Shown here in pieces: positions 30,893-41,900 of a stretch of DNA of 64,000 nt. Both the position numbers and the translations under genes were made by a program. The DNA is from Prasinococcaceae sp. CCMP 1430 (Eukaryota > Plantae > Prasinodermophyta). The stretch covers positions 41,312-105,311 of the forward strand of contig RQSC01001045.1 of the NCBI GenBank assembly GCA_013416795.1, written 5' to 3'. The notes under the pieces were generated by a model, which ran no database searches, had not been told where the DNA came from, and saw nothing but the letters and a program-made list of their open reading frames with translations. Every line of letters begins with the position of its first letter. The first letter of the stretch is position 1.

Positions 30893-30899
30893 GGCCCGC

Positions 30900-30933
<34 letters not shown>

Positions 30934-31046
30934 GCACGCGCGCACATACATGTAATACTCGCGCGCAGGAGCGCCTGCGTGCACACGTGCACCCACACCC
31001 ACACACACACGCGCCCGCCCGCACACCCGCGAGTGCTCACGCACAG

Positions 31047-31160
31047 CTCGCCGAGACCATGGGCGACGACGAGGTGGCGGCGCTGCTGCGCGAGCACGGC
31101 GCCGCCGGCGCGCTGCAGCTGGAGGGAGGGAGCGCGCGCGCCCGCACTCGCCCCGTGTGA
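31047..31160 (+). CDS. Terminal exon of an ankyrin-repeat-like protein
   Basis: CACAG acceptor; [19 protein letters not shown] fits the second half of an ankyrin repeat (LA...G..EVA.LL.EHGA). Confidence 0.55.
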   Translation, partial: LAETMGDDEVAALLREHGAAGALQLEGGSARARTRPV

Positions 31161-31189
31161 GCGGTGCATCGCTTTTGTGTGACTGGTGC

Positions 31190-31245
31190 GCCTCTGCGCG
31201 CTTGCGCATACGAGTCGCGTCTGTGAGATGTGTATGCTCGGGTTT

Positions 31246-31305
<60 letters not shown>

Positions 31306-31317
31306 ACACACACACGT

Positions 31318-31357
<40 letters not shown>

Positions 31358-31432
31358 ACACACACACACACACGTGCCTCCGCGCGCTTGCGCATACGAG
31401 TCGCGTCTGTGAGGTGTGTATGCTCGGGTTTG
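31190..31432. repeat. Two ~57-bp direct repeats (31190-31246 and 31376-31432, 2 mismatches) flanking a (CA)n array
   Basis: GCCTC(T/C)GCGCGCTTGCGCATACGAGTCGCGTCTGTGAG(A/G)TGTGTATGCTCGGGTTTG occurs twice. Confidence 0.9.
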
Positions 31433-31546
31433 TCTGTGCGACACAGGTCCGCGTGTGCATGTGCGTGTGCGTGTGTGTGCGTGTGTGTCTGTGGTGCATT
31501 TGAGTGTGCGTGCGTGCGCAGCGTGCGCGCGCGCGCCGCGGCGCCT

Positions 31547-32165
31547 TCACTCTCGCACGACCTCCCCTGCGTCGGTCACGGCGACGCCGCCGCTGCTCGC
31601 GTCCGCCTTGCGCTGGATCCACGGCACCGTGGCGCCGCCCTCGCCTGTGACGCGCACGAAGTTTGTCTGCGCGGACGAGCGGCACGAGCCACACGCCGCC
31701 GCCGGCGTCGTGGAGGACTCGGAGCACTCCGTCGCGTTGTCGGGCAGGCCCACGTAGCCGCACTGTGCGCGCATGCGTGCGCGCGGGTGTGCGTATGCGC
31801 GTGCGCATGCGCGTGCGCGTGGGTTAGTGCATGCCTGCGCGTGCACGCGAGTGCGACCGCAGCGGAACACGCGAGCGCGCGAGCGCTGCTCCGAGGCGGC
31901 GCACCTGCCAGCAGATTGCCGCCCTGCCCACCGAGTGGCTCTGTTTGCCGTCCGGGCCGTCCTTGAGCACCGCGAACAGCGCGTTGGCGGAGCCGATGCA
32001 CGCGCGCGCGCACTCCGCCAGGCCGGCGCGCAGGAAGAGCTCCGCGGCGTTGTGGAGGTTCCTCGGGAAGTTGGCCTCCCGCTCCTCGTCGGCCGAGTTG
32101 GGCACCACCTTGATGCGCGCGAGCGTCGGCGTCGCGCTGCACACCTCGCGCGCGCCCGCGGGCAT
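31547..32165 (-). CDS. Small two-exon protein with a CxxC...CxxC zinc-ribbon-like motif; intron 31763-31904; start could be at 32258
   Basis: Phase-0 splice gives AICWQ|[27 protein letters not shown]. The intron has a GTGCGC donor, CTAAC branch point and CACAG acceptor. Confidence 0.7.
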
Positions 32166-32385
32166 GTATCTCTTCGGAATCCTTGGAATCCATCTGTGCT
32201 TCGCTCGCCTTCCACGCTGCCGCCCTGCCCGCGTCGTCGCGCGTCCGCCGCGCGGCATCCGCCCGGCCNGAGGCCTTTAAACACGGCAGGGAGAAGGTTT
32301 TCGTCAGATAAATTTTTTGAGGCGCCAGGGTTCAGCGGACGTGACGGCGGCGACCCACAGTGGCCGTCGGCGGCCGGGAGTCCTA

Positions 32386-32432
32386 TATCAAAATGCACCT
32401 ACCTCCCAGAAACCCTGATTACATCAAAATGC
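32386..32432 (+). promoter_or_regulatory. Two (T/C)ATCAAAATGCA motifs upstream of the sulfotransferase-GT8 gene
   Basis: Copies starting at 32386 and 32422. Confidence 0.5.
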
Positions 32433-32959
32433 AACTTACAATGCGTGCATGGCTTTTGCAGCTCCCTGCCAGCGGCATGTCTCCCGTTTTTATTGTGAGA
32501 AACGGGAGACACTCCCTTGGAAAACTCACGGTTTGATATACAAATGCATGCAATATGTAGAATGCAATTTGATGTGAAAGTGGCGGAGCTGAGCAGCCAG
32601 CGAGAGCTCCTGTGCACGCATTTGATCGTACGCGCGCAAATTCTTCGCCGGCCAGGCGGGGGCAGCCTAACAGCCATCACAGGCAGGGGGGCGCCATCGC
32701 TGCTGCCTGCGGTGGCACAAGGCGCGCGCGGCGCGCGGCGCCGCCGGCGCGCGCCTGCGGGGCGGGCAGCGCCGCTCGTGCGACCGTCGGCGCAGAGGGG
32801 GGAGGGGTGCTCGCTGCTGTTCAGTCTTTGCGGCGGGGCCTGCTGTTGCTGTGTTGCAAGCCCGCCACAGGCGCCCCTCATTTTAGGGAACGCAGTCCGC
32901 GGCACCGCGGCCCGCGCTACCGGCGAGACGAAGCTGTGCTGAGCGCCCGAGAGCATGAT

Positions 32960-35900
32960 ACGCGCGCCGCGCGGGCCCTCGTGTTCCTGCCGCTATGCTT
33001 CGTGCTGTGGACGGCGCTTACGCTATGGGCCGCCTTCGTTCGCAACTCAATGTCACTCAACCAAAGCGATGGTGGCATGACCACCCACGCCGGCTGCATC
33101 GACATCACTGCGGAGGCTGCTACGTCCGTGACCACTCGCGGCGGCGGCAACAGTAGCAGGGCACGGCACCTGTGAGATGGGGCGGGCCTGCACCGCGCGC
33201 GTTCGCAAAGGGAGGCCGAGCTCGGTCCAGGGACGCTGCGAGCGCTGGTGAACGGCCTCACGGTGGTGCGAATGGCCGAGAGGCAGCAGCTGTGGCAGAG
33301 ATCCCCGCGCGATGACAGTGATTCGACCAATGCGCGGCCTGGAGACGACGCGCGACCGCCTCATGCGCGGCTGCTGTTGGCGAGCGCCGAGGAAAAAGAG
33401 ATTACAGGGGAGGCGTCAGATCACGGGAGCGTCGCGTTTAGCCAGATGGAGAGCGCGGGGGCAACGGACACTACAAGGAAGCAGCTGCGGGCGTCTGAAC
33501 AGCTACAGACGCCCGCCACCAATGGTGACCCGGCAGCGCCTTCACGTCGCGCATGCGCGCCGACGTATTTCATTGTCGGCGCGCGCAAGGGCGGAACGAC
33601 CGCGCTCTTCCGATATCCCAATCGGGCGAGGCGATCACGACCTCTGGCGAACTCGGAAACCAAGGCCAGGGACGAGTTGCAAAGGCTCGTGCGTGAGTGC
33701 AACGGACACTGGTTCCCTGCAGAAGTGCAGCCGTCGGCGGGGGTCGATTTGGGCGATGCTGCCGACCAACTTGAAAGTGAAGCCGATGGGGAAGACGGCA
33801 CTGTGACCGGCGCTGCCCTGCATCATCGCGGTGACGTCCTATTGCCAATTGCAGGCGAGGCGTCAGTGGCGTATGCAGCGACGTGCGGCGCGATGGAGGC
33901 GTTGGCGGCAGCCTGTGGCAGCAGCGTGCGCATCATTTACATCTTACGCGAGCCGCTGGCGCGCGCACAGTCGCAGTTTCTCATGCGCGAGCGACTGTCG
34001 CCAGGCCTGACGTTGCCACGTCATGCCTCCTTCGAGGAAGTGTTCGCAGACGATGTAGAGCGTTTTAGGCGCTGGCAGCTCAGCACGTCCCGAAATGTGA
34101 CGCGAGCACGAACCGCGACGTCGGAGGCGGGCACAGAGGATGCGCTGCAGCAGCCGTGCTGGGGGGGAGCTTGGCCCAACAATTACGTGTGGGACGGCCT
34201 CTACGATCTCCATCTGCGGCGCATCATGCGTGCCTTTCCTGACGCTGGCAACGGAAGGCGCATGCTCGTGCTGCGCTCTGAGGACGTTTGGGCGCACCCT
34301 GAAGAGGCACTGGGGCACGTCTTGCAGTGGCTGGGGGTGGCCAACGAAACGCACGTGCAGCTGCCCTTCGGAAAGAAACGCGCGCAATCGCCTGCTCTTG
34401 TGAATGCTAGGCCATCCAAGCTGTCAGAGGCAACGCAACGAGCCGTGCGCATGTCATCGCGCACGAACCGCGCGCCCAGTGGGCAGCGCGCGGCGCAGCA
34501 GCTGGCGCCAGGAGAACTCGGAGCTGGCACGGAAAGTCAATACCAAGGTGACGAGCGGCTCCTCGTTACATCTGCCACGCGCTCGCTCGCCGAGGCAACC
34601 TTCGCGCCACACAACGCTGCGCTGCGTGCACTCTTGGAGGGACCTCTACGTGCTGCAGCATGGCGGCCCTCTTCGGCATCTGAGTCATCAGCCGCAACAC
34701 CAACATCGGTGCATCATGCTGCGGCTACTAGCAATGACACGAAGGAAGAGACTCAACATATGATGCATGATCAGCGTGACACTTTGACAGGAGATCGTGC
34801 TCTCGACCGCGGTGGCCGCAGGCAACTCCTCGCGCAGGGCGGAGGATCGAAGTGGGCATCGGGCAGCCGAATTCATGACAGGATCGTCAGCGGCACGAAT
34901 GGAGCAAGCTTTAAAGGCGCACGGTCGAAGAGAGGAAGAAGGGCCGATACCGCGTCATTCCTCACAACCAGTAGTAGCGACGAATCAGAGAAAAACAAAC
35001 CTTCAAGCTCGTGGGTAGAGACAGACACGCTCCCCGCCTCTGTACCCACCCTGCCGACGAGCGACATTTCTCTTCATTGCGTGCAAGGGGCACCTCCGGC
35101 TTCAGAATCACACGCGGTGGTCATGCCAGTCGACACATGGCCGGGTTTCCCCGCACCCGTATCATCCTCGGTGCCAGATGCAGGATCACTGCGCGTGTCT
35201 ACCGGCTCGGAGCAGAGGGCTGGCGCTGGCATCGCGCCCGCCACACACCGGCCCGTTGTGATGACTGCCGAGGAGGCGCAGTGGTGGCTCACACGCCCGC
35301 TCGCCCTGGCGTGGAGCCTGCGGTATGGAGAGGGTGCCACACGCGCGCGAGTGATTTTCCTGACAACGCGCGCAGGTGCCGAGCGCATTGACGCCCTGAG
35401 CTACCACCGTGGCAACGTCTCCACGCGGTCAAGCACAAACATCACAGACGTCGGGGGAACGGACCTGAGCTGGCTAGGTCGCGCGATGAAATGGCTGGAC
35501 ATGCGCGTAGTAGCCGCAGACATGCCTCTCGAAGAATCTGCCTTCGACGCCGACCACCTCGCCGACCTTCGCGCCGGTCCCAACTGCTGCTCTTGGCGTG
35601 AGTTCTTCATGCTGCGTGCGTGGGGTATGACGGAGTACGCGCGCGTGGCTGTGGTCGACACCGATCTCTTCTTCGTGGGCTCGCTCGACCCCTTGCTCAC
35701 TTCTAAGTGCTTCTCGGGCCAAACGTTGGCCTCCGCCGCGCGCGGTACTCCGCTGAACGCAGGCATGATTGTCATGGAGCCGTCGACGAGCGTCCTCGCG
35801 GAGATGATCGATGCCCTGCGCCGTGGGGCGTACGATCCTGCGTACGGCTGGAACGCCGAGGGGTGGCCGATGAGCCTCGCGCAAGTGCGTGCCAACAACA

Positions 35901-36918
35901 CGCGCACGTGCGCCCTGTGCGGCCGAAGGAAGGTGATGATAGGCGGCTCGTCTGTGGTCGTGCCGCACACGCACGGCGCAGAGGGGCCGCAGGGCTTTCT
36001 CTACTGGTTCTTCACCACCGCCGGGCGCTGGGCCGCGCAGGTTGACAGCGCTGGTGTTGGGGGGGCAGAGCTGTTCATACGCACTGGCACGGCTGGACAC
36101 GCGCGGCCGGCCACTCGCACGCTGGGCGCGCACGCGCAGACGTCCCGGCACACGACGCGCGCACGGGCGGTCCTGCGCGCGACGAGCGGTGGCGCGCATG
36201 GCGATATGCTCTATCATGGCGTCGGCAGCGCCTCAGAGTCGGAGGTGGGCCACGCACGTGGCGCACTGCGGCTGGTGGACGGCTGCGAGTGGAACCTGCT
36301 GTGCAACGGGGACTGTGCGTGCGCGCACGCCGCGCACGCGCCACCGCAACGCATGGCTCATTGCTCCGACTGACCTGCACCACCAACGACACTCTCCTTA
36401 CACGCGTGCCACGTACCGGCTGACGCCGTCCTACGCCGCCAACCAGACCGAGATCAGTGCGGCAGCGCCCCGCCCGCCCCGCGCGTGCTTCACAAGGTCC
36501 GCGCGCGCGGGGACACGACACACAGAGACATAGAACGGGCACTCATTACGAGCGCGCGCACGCTTTGCCGTGCCCCCCCCCCTCCCCCCCAACCCCAACC
36601 CCGCCCCACGTGCCACTGACATTCGCGAGCTCCTCCTTCTGCCGCCTCGTGTCCCCAACCCGCTTTCTCGCGAAGGCCTTCGATCGCTGCCCGCAGGAGA
36701 CTCGCGCGCCGTTGGCCGCCGCCAAGGCAGCGGCGCTTCGCGCGCTACGCGAGGCGCTTCCGGAGGGCGCTGCAATTGCGGCGTCCGCCGCCGCGGGCGG
36801 GGGCACGCAGGGAGGCGCGATCGGGGCGGGCGGCGCTCTGCTGGAGTCCTCAGCTGCGCGTGCTCAGATGGGCAGGAAGGAGTACCGCGGCGTACTCGGC
36901 GGTTCCCGTCGCGCCTAG
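32960..36918 (+). CDS. Golgi-type sulfotransferase (HS3ST/NDST-like) fused to a GT8 (glycogenin/PGSIP-like) glycosyltransferase; late introns about 36315-36446 and 36497-36696; 5' structure uncertain
   Basis: 5'-PSB FIVGARKGGTT, 3'-PB ILREPLARAQSQ, GLYDLHLRR, LRSEDV, FAPHNAAL. GT8 motifs FMLRAWGMTEYARVAVVDTDL (DxD), LNAGMIVMEPS, PQGFL. An in-frame TM helix (ALVFLPLCFVLWTALTLWAAFV) lies at about 32975-33040, upstream of a TGA at 33173 that sits in a GTGAGA donor-like context. Confidence 0.82.
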
Positions 36919-37018
36919 CAGTAGAGGAAACACATCTTCTCCACATGCTCGACGGCGTGCGCGCGCTACCTCCGCGAGCGCGCGTTTTGTCTCGGCGTTG
37001 ATCAGTGCGCGCGCACCC

Positions 37019-38272
37019 CTACGCGTCCTGCTCCGGCTCGAGCCGTAGCCTGCTGTAGATGGCGTACCGCACGGAGTCGCCCAGGTTTGGGCCACCAGCG
37101 TGCTGTAGCCACGGATGAAAAACAATGAGAGTTCCGGGCACCGGCGCGAGAATGGGCACGGCCTCGGGCGGCTCCGGCGGGCGGGCGCCACCCATTCCCG
37201 CGCGCTCGCACGCCCCTGCACCCGCGCGATGCTCGGGTCTGTGCGAGCCCGGTCGCACCCACAGGCAGCCGTCCCTCTCCGACCGGACCGGCGACAAGAA
37301 CACGCCCACCACAAAGTCCAGCCGCTTCTTGGAGTTGTACTTTTCCGCGTCGGTGTGCCAGTCCATGCGGCGCAGCAGCGGCGGCAGCGCGTCGCCGCCG
37401 CCACAGGCGTCCGCCGACGGGTAGAGCGGGTAGCGCAGCGCCACCTGCGCTCCCCACGGCTTGGTGCACATGCGCCGGCCGCCCAGGGCGGCCTCGGAGA
37501 GCGCCTGGACGGGCCCCCTCACCAGGTCGCGCAGCGCCGCCTGCTGTGCGAGCGAGCACGTACACCTGTGCCCACTGCCCAGCTTCACCAGCGGCGCGGC
37601 GCCCTCCTCGGCGAATTCCGAGCCTATGGCGCCCTCCTCCACGTCCTCGACGATGTTCGCCGAGCCGAGAAAGTGGTTGAGCACGCGCAGCGCCGCGGAC
37701 ACCTTGCCCTCGGGACATGCGCCCGGCACTACCACGTACCCGTCGCGCTCGTACGCCGCCGCGAGCGCGACAGCGTCAGCGCGGTCGAGCCCGCCAGCTC
37801 GCGTCTGCGCCTTCGCCTGAGCGCCTGCTCGCGCGTGCTCGCTCGCTGGCGTGCCGGCAAGCGAGTCTGCGCCACCGCCTGTGCCATCGCCGTCGTCGTC
37901 ATCTCTGTACCACACCGCCTCAGGCGAGCCCGCGCGCACCAGCCGCAGCGCGCCGCTGCTCGAGTCGAATGCGAGCGCGTGCGCGGGTGCGTTAGCAGGC
38001 CGTAGCTCCACGCCCGCGCGGACGGGCGCCGCCGCCGCCCCCTCGCCACCGCCACGCCTCGCCTCATCCTCGTCGCCGTCGCATCCGCCGCCGCCAGTGC
38101 CCTCGCAGGCTCGGGCGAGCGACCACAGGCTCACGCCCGCGGCGACGTCCGCTGCGAATTTGACCGCGCCAGCGGCGGACTGCGCTCGGCCGTGCACGAG
38201 CCGCGCGTACGGCGCGCCCGGCCGCGCGAGCAGTGGCGCCCCCACCCCCGCGCACACCCACGCAACACCCAC
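37019..38272 (-). CDS. Phytanoyl-CoA dioxygenase (PhyH)-family Fe(II)/2-oxoglutarate oxygenase; start uncertain
   Basis: YERDGYVVVPGA, WHTD (HxD), GCLWVRPGSH, PGTLIVFHPWLQHAGGPN...RYAIY. Confidence 0.87.
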   Translation of the reverse strand: MGVAWVCAGVGAPLLARPGAPYARLVHGRAQSAAGAVKFAADVAAGVSLWSLARACEGTGGGGCDGDEDEARRGGGEGAAAAPVRAGVELRPANAPAHALAFDSSSGALRLVRAGSPEAVWYRDDDDGDGTGGGADSLAGTPASEHARAGAQAKAQTRAGGLDRADAVALAAAYERDGYVVVPGACPEGKVSAALRVLNHFLGSANIVEDVEEGAIGSEFAEEGAAPLVKLGSGHRCTCSLAQQAALRDLVRGPVQALSEAALGGRRMCTKPWGAQVALRYPLYPSADACGGGDALPPLLRRMDWHTDAEKYNSKKRLDFVVGVFLSPVRSERDGCLWVRPGSHRPEHRAGAGACERAGMGGARPPEPPEAVPILAPVPGTLIVFHPWLQHAGGPNLGDSVRYAIYSRLRLEPEQDA

Positions 38273-38924
38273 CCCCCTTCAACACCCCTACCGTACACCA
38301 AACCCTACTTCATTCAAACCCTTAAAACCATGTCAAGCCGAAACCAACGGCGCCTGCGCCGCGCAGCCAGCCTCTGCACACGAGCAACGGAGGCTGATGA
38401 TGGCGCGCCGCAGTGCGTGCATCTGCGCGGATTTACCCGGGGTAGGCATCATTGTCCCCAATGCTCCCATCGCATCGTCCCAGGAATTCTTTTCTGATCC
38501 CGGGTCTACCCCCGGTGAGTTTCCCGCCTCGTGTGCGCGCTTTGAAAACGAGGATGGCCGCGCGCGAAAAGCGCTTTCGCGCGCAAACGCCCCCGGGCGG
38601 GGAGGGGTGGGGGGTAAGGGGGCGGGCGGGGCAGGGTGGGCGGGTGTGCCGCTGCCACAGCGCGCGTGGCAGGCGGGTGAGGGTAAGAGGGGGTGGGGAG
38701 AAGGGGGGGTGGGCAAGGGGCAAGGGGAGGGGAGGGGGAAGGGTTCTTGGGCGCTGGCAGGTTTGCGCGCACCGCGTGGTGGAAGGCGACGGCCGGGGAG
38801 AGGCGTTGGGCTGGGCCGCGGGGGCGCGGAGCCGCGCGGGCCGCGCGGGCCGGCCGCGCTGTGGATGGCGCGCTGAGCTGAGCGGCTGGGGGCTGAGTCG
38901 GCGACACGTGCGGAGGCGGTCGCA

Positions 38925-41900
38925 ATGCAGCCACGTTCGCCCACGTCGTGGTGGGCTGCGGGCGGTTTCGACGAGGAGGAGTTCGCGCGCGAGGCGAGCG
39001 CGCTCGCGAGCGCTGTCGCTGCAGGGCCGACGCCGGGGCCTCCGCCGCGCGGCGCGGTGGAACACACGGTGGCTGCGCAGAGTGAAGTAGTCGGCTTCAG
39101 CGACCGGCTCGAGCAAGCCTCGGGCGATGACCCATCGCCACCTGCGAGCGGGATTGAGGGCCACCTGCGAACGCCAGACAGCGGGGTGCAAGGAGGACAA
39201 GGTGGCAGCAACAGCAGCGGCGAAGCAGCCAGCTCCATCTCACCCGACGTCGCTGCTCCCACATCACAGAGTGAGGGCCGCGTGCGCAGCGTGTACAACA
39301 ACCTGCAATTCGACGCCGAGGTCAGCTCCGAGGGCGAGGCCGACAGCGTGAGTGGCGGCACAGACCCGGCCGCGGCCGACGCCGATGATTGCGGCGGCGA
39401 CCGCGCTGAAGCCGAAGCTGCCAGCCGGCCCAGCGGCGCGAGCGGAGACGGAGAGGCCACCGCCGCTCCGAGGCCAGCGGTAGGCGCTGCGACGCTCGTG
39501 CTGATGGCGGCTGCCGCGCAGAGCGCCCGCACCGTAGCATCGGCCAACACGATGCTGGCAGGCTTCACGCATGGCGTCGAGGAGGACGTGGAGGCGCTTC
39601 GCGACCACCGACACGCCATTGCTGATGGCGTAGCTGCGGCGGCGAAGGCGGCGGCCGCGGACGAGGTCAACGTAGATTCGAGCAGCGACGAGGAGGGCGC
39701 GCGCGCCCAATCCCGGTCCCGGTCCCTGCAGGAGCAGATGAAAATGGCTGGGGAGGCCGGTGAGGAGGAGCGCGCGCTACTGGTCGCCATCACCGAGGCG
39801 CGGGAACAGCGCGTGCTCTCGCAGCGGGAGCTCCGCGCGGACGCGTACGAGCAGGCCGGCGAGCTTGCGAGACGGAAAAAAGAAGCAACCGCTGGCGAAG
39901 ACAAAGAAAATGTCGGGCAGGGCCGACGCCACAAGCGACCCAAGTGCGAGCATGACACGGTAGTCGAGGCGTCCGTGTCGGGTGCTGCGATTGAAGACTC
40001 CGAGGATGCTGACCTTGCCGCTGATTCGGGCGGCGAGGTGCTGTCGACCGAGGTGTCCGCGGCGATGGCACGCGCGGAGCTCGCCGATGCCGATCGACAG
40101 CTACGAGCGGCCCAGGCCGAGCGCGATGCGGTGACGAGCGAGGTGAGGGACTTGCACAGCACGCGCTCGAGACTTCTCGACGAGTGCACTGCTCTGCGGC
40201 GGCTTGGAGCGCACGAGCGTGGTGTGGTCAGCACGTCCGCCCTTGCACCCGAAGATTGTGTTGAACAGGATCTAGTGGATGCACGAGGGCGTGATGCGTG
40301 CACGGGCACAGACCCCGTTCGTTCAGCGGATGCGTGCTCGCAGTGTGACGTGGACGACCCCTGCATGACAGGAGCGACGACAGGGGGTGTAGAATGCAGC
40401 GCGCGTGGGCCTCAATCCCCTGTCACGTCAGAGGCTTCTTCGGAGGCCGCGCTCGACTCGCTGCAGGCCGAGATTGACGCCGCTGATGCGTCACTCACGC
40501 ACCTGCGCGCCAAGGAGGCGGAACAGCGTGAGACGATCGTGGGGCTCGACCGGATGATAGCGACCATGCACATGGAACACGAACGCCTCAGCGCAGCGTT
40601 GTCGCACGAAAGCGGACCCGATCAGACGCCGGCGACGTGCGTAGACGTTGCTCTTGACGCATGGCCGCTTGTGGAGGGGCGGCGAGCGCTGGTACCCGAC
40701 CACGAGCTCTCTCAAGTCAACGCCTCCGTGCAGACATCCGATGCAAAGGAATCGGCGTGTGCGCCGTCGACATGTGACGTTGCTGTGGACGCGCTACCCA
40801 TGCCTGTTTTGACGACACCAACAGAGGAGGCGTCGGCCGTGATCGATGCAGATGTCGTGGTGGCAGAGGCACGCGCGGACGTTGCAGCTGCACTCGCCGA
40901 GGTCGCTTCACTACGCCGCACGCACGCCTCTGAGCTCGCGCTACAAAAGGCCGAGTTCGCAGAGGAGCGCGCGACTGCTTCCGCTCGCGTCGAATCGGCC
41001 ATGGCGAGGAAAGAGGCCGAACTACGAGCCTGCATCGCTGAGCGAGACAGTCTTCGCGCTAGCGTGGACGACACATCGGCGCTCCGTGCTGAGCTTGAGG
41101 CCTGTCATCAACGAATGAAGGCCGATAGCCTCGAAGTGTCCGCGCGTGTCACCGCATTTGCCATGGTTTCGTCGGCGGTGCGGGACAAGCACGCGGCTCA
41201 GGCCGTGGCCGATACCGAGAATGCACTTGCGGCTGCGAAAGTGGAAGCAGTCGACGCTGTTCGCGACCGCGATCTGGCCGTGCAACTGCAGAAGACAGCC
41301 GACAGACGGGCAGCGGAGGCCGTGGCGTGCGCGGAGGGCATGCAATCGCAACTCCATGTCGCTCAGACAGAGCTCGCCGCCCTTCGCGCTGTCGGGTTTG
41401 CGTCCCACTCTAAGCTTGAGACGGCCGAGGCCGTTCTTGGCGCTGCGCACGACAAGATGGCCGGGCTGAGGCAGAACGAGAGCGAGGCGATCATGCGACT
41501 GCAAGCGGCGGAGAAAGGGCTGGCAACTGCAAAGGAGGAAGTGCACAGCCTGCGAATGGCAAACGAGAGCGCCGAAGCGCGGCTGGCAAAGCTTGAGCAG
41601 GATCTTTCCCGCGCTCGGCAGGAGGCTCGCACGTGCAAGGAGGAAGAGAACAAGGCTCGGGCGCGTGCTGCGGACGCCGAGGCCGAGGTTGTGCGCGTGC
41701 ATGGATGCGATCTTCGGAGTATGCAGGGAGATGCTCTCGACCGAGTTGCCAAGGCTGAATCCGCGGCGGCAGCATCCGTGAGGAAGCTGCGCATTGCAAC
41801 GGCTGGCGAGGACGAGGCATTGCGGAGAGCAACCGAGGCGGAGGAGCGCCTTGCTACGGCGCGGCGCCAGGTCGAGGCCGCTGAGGAGGCCGCCGCCTCT

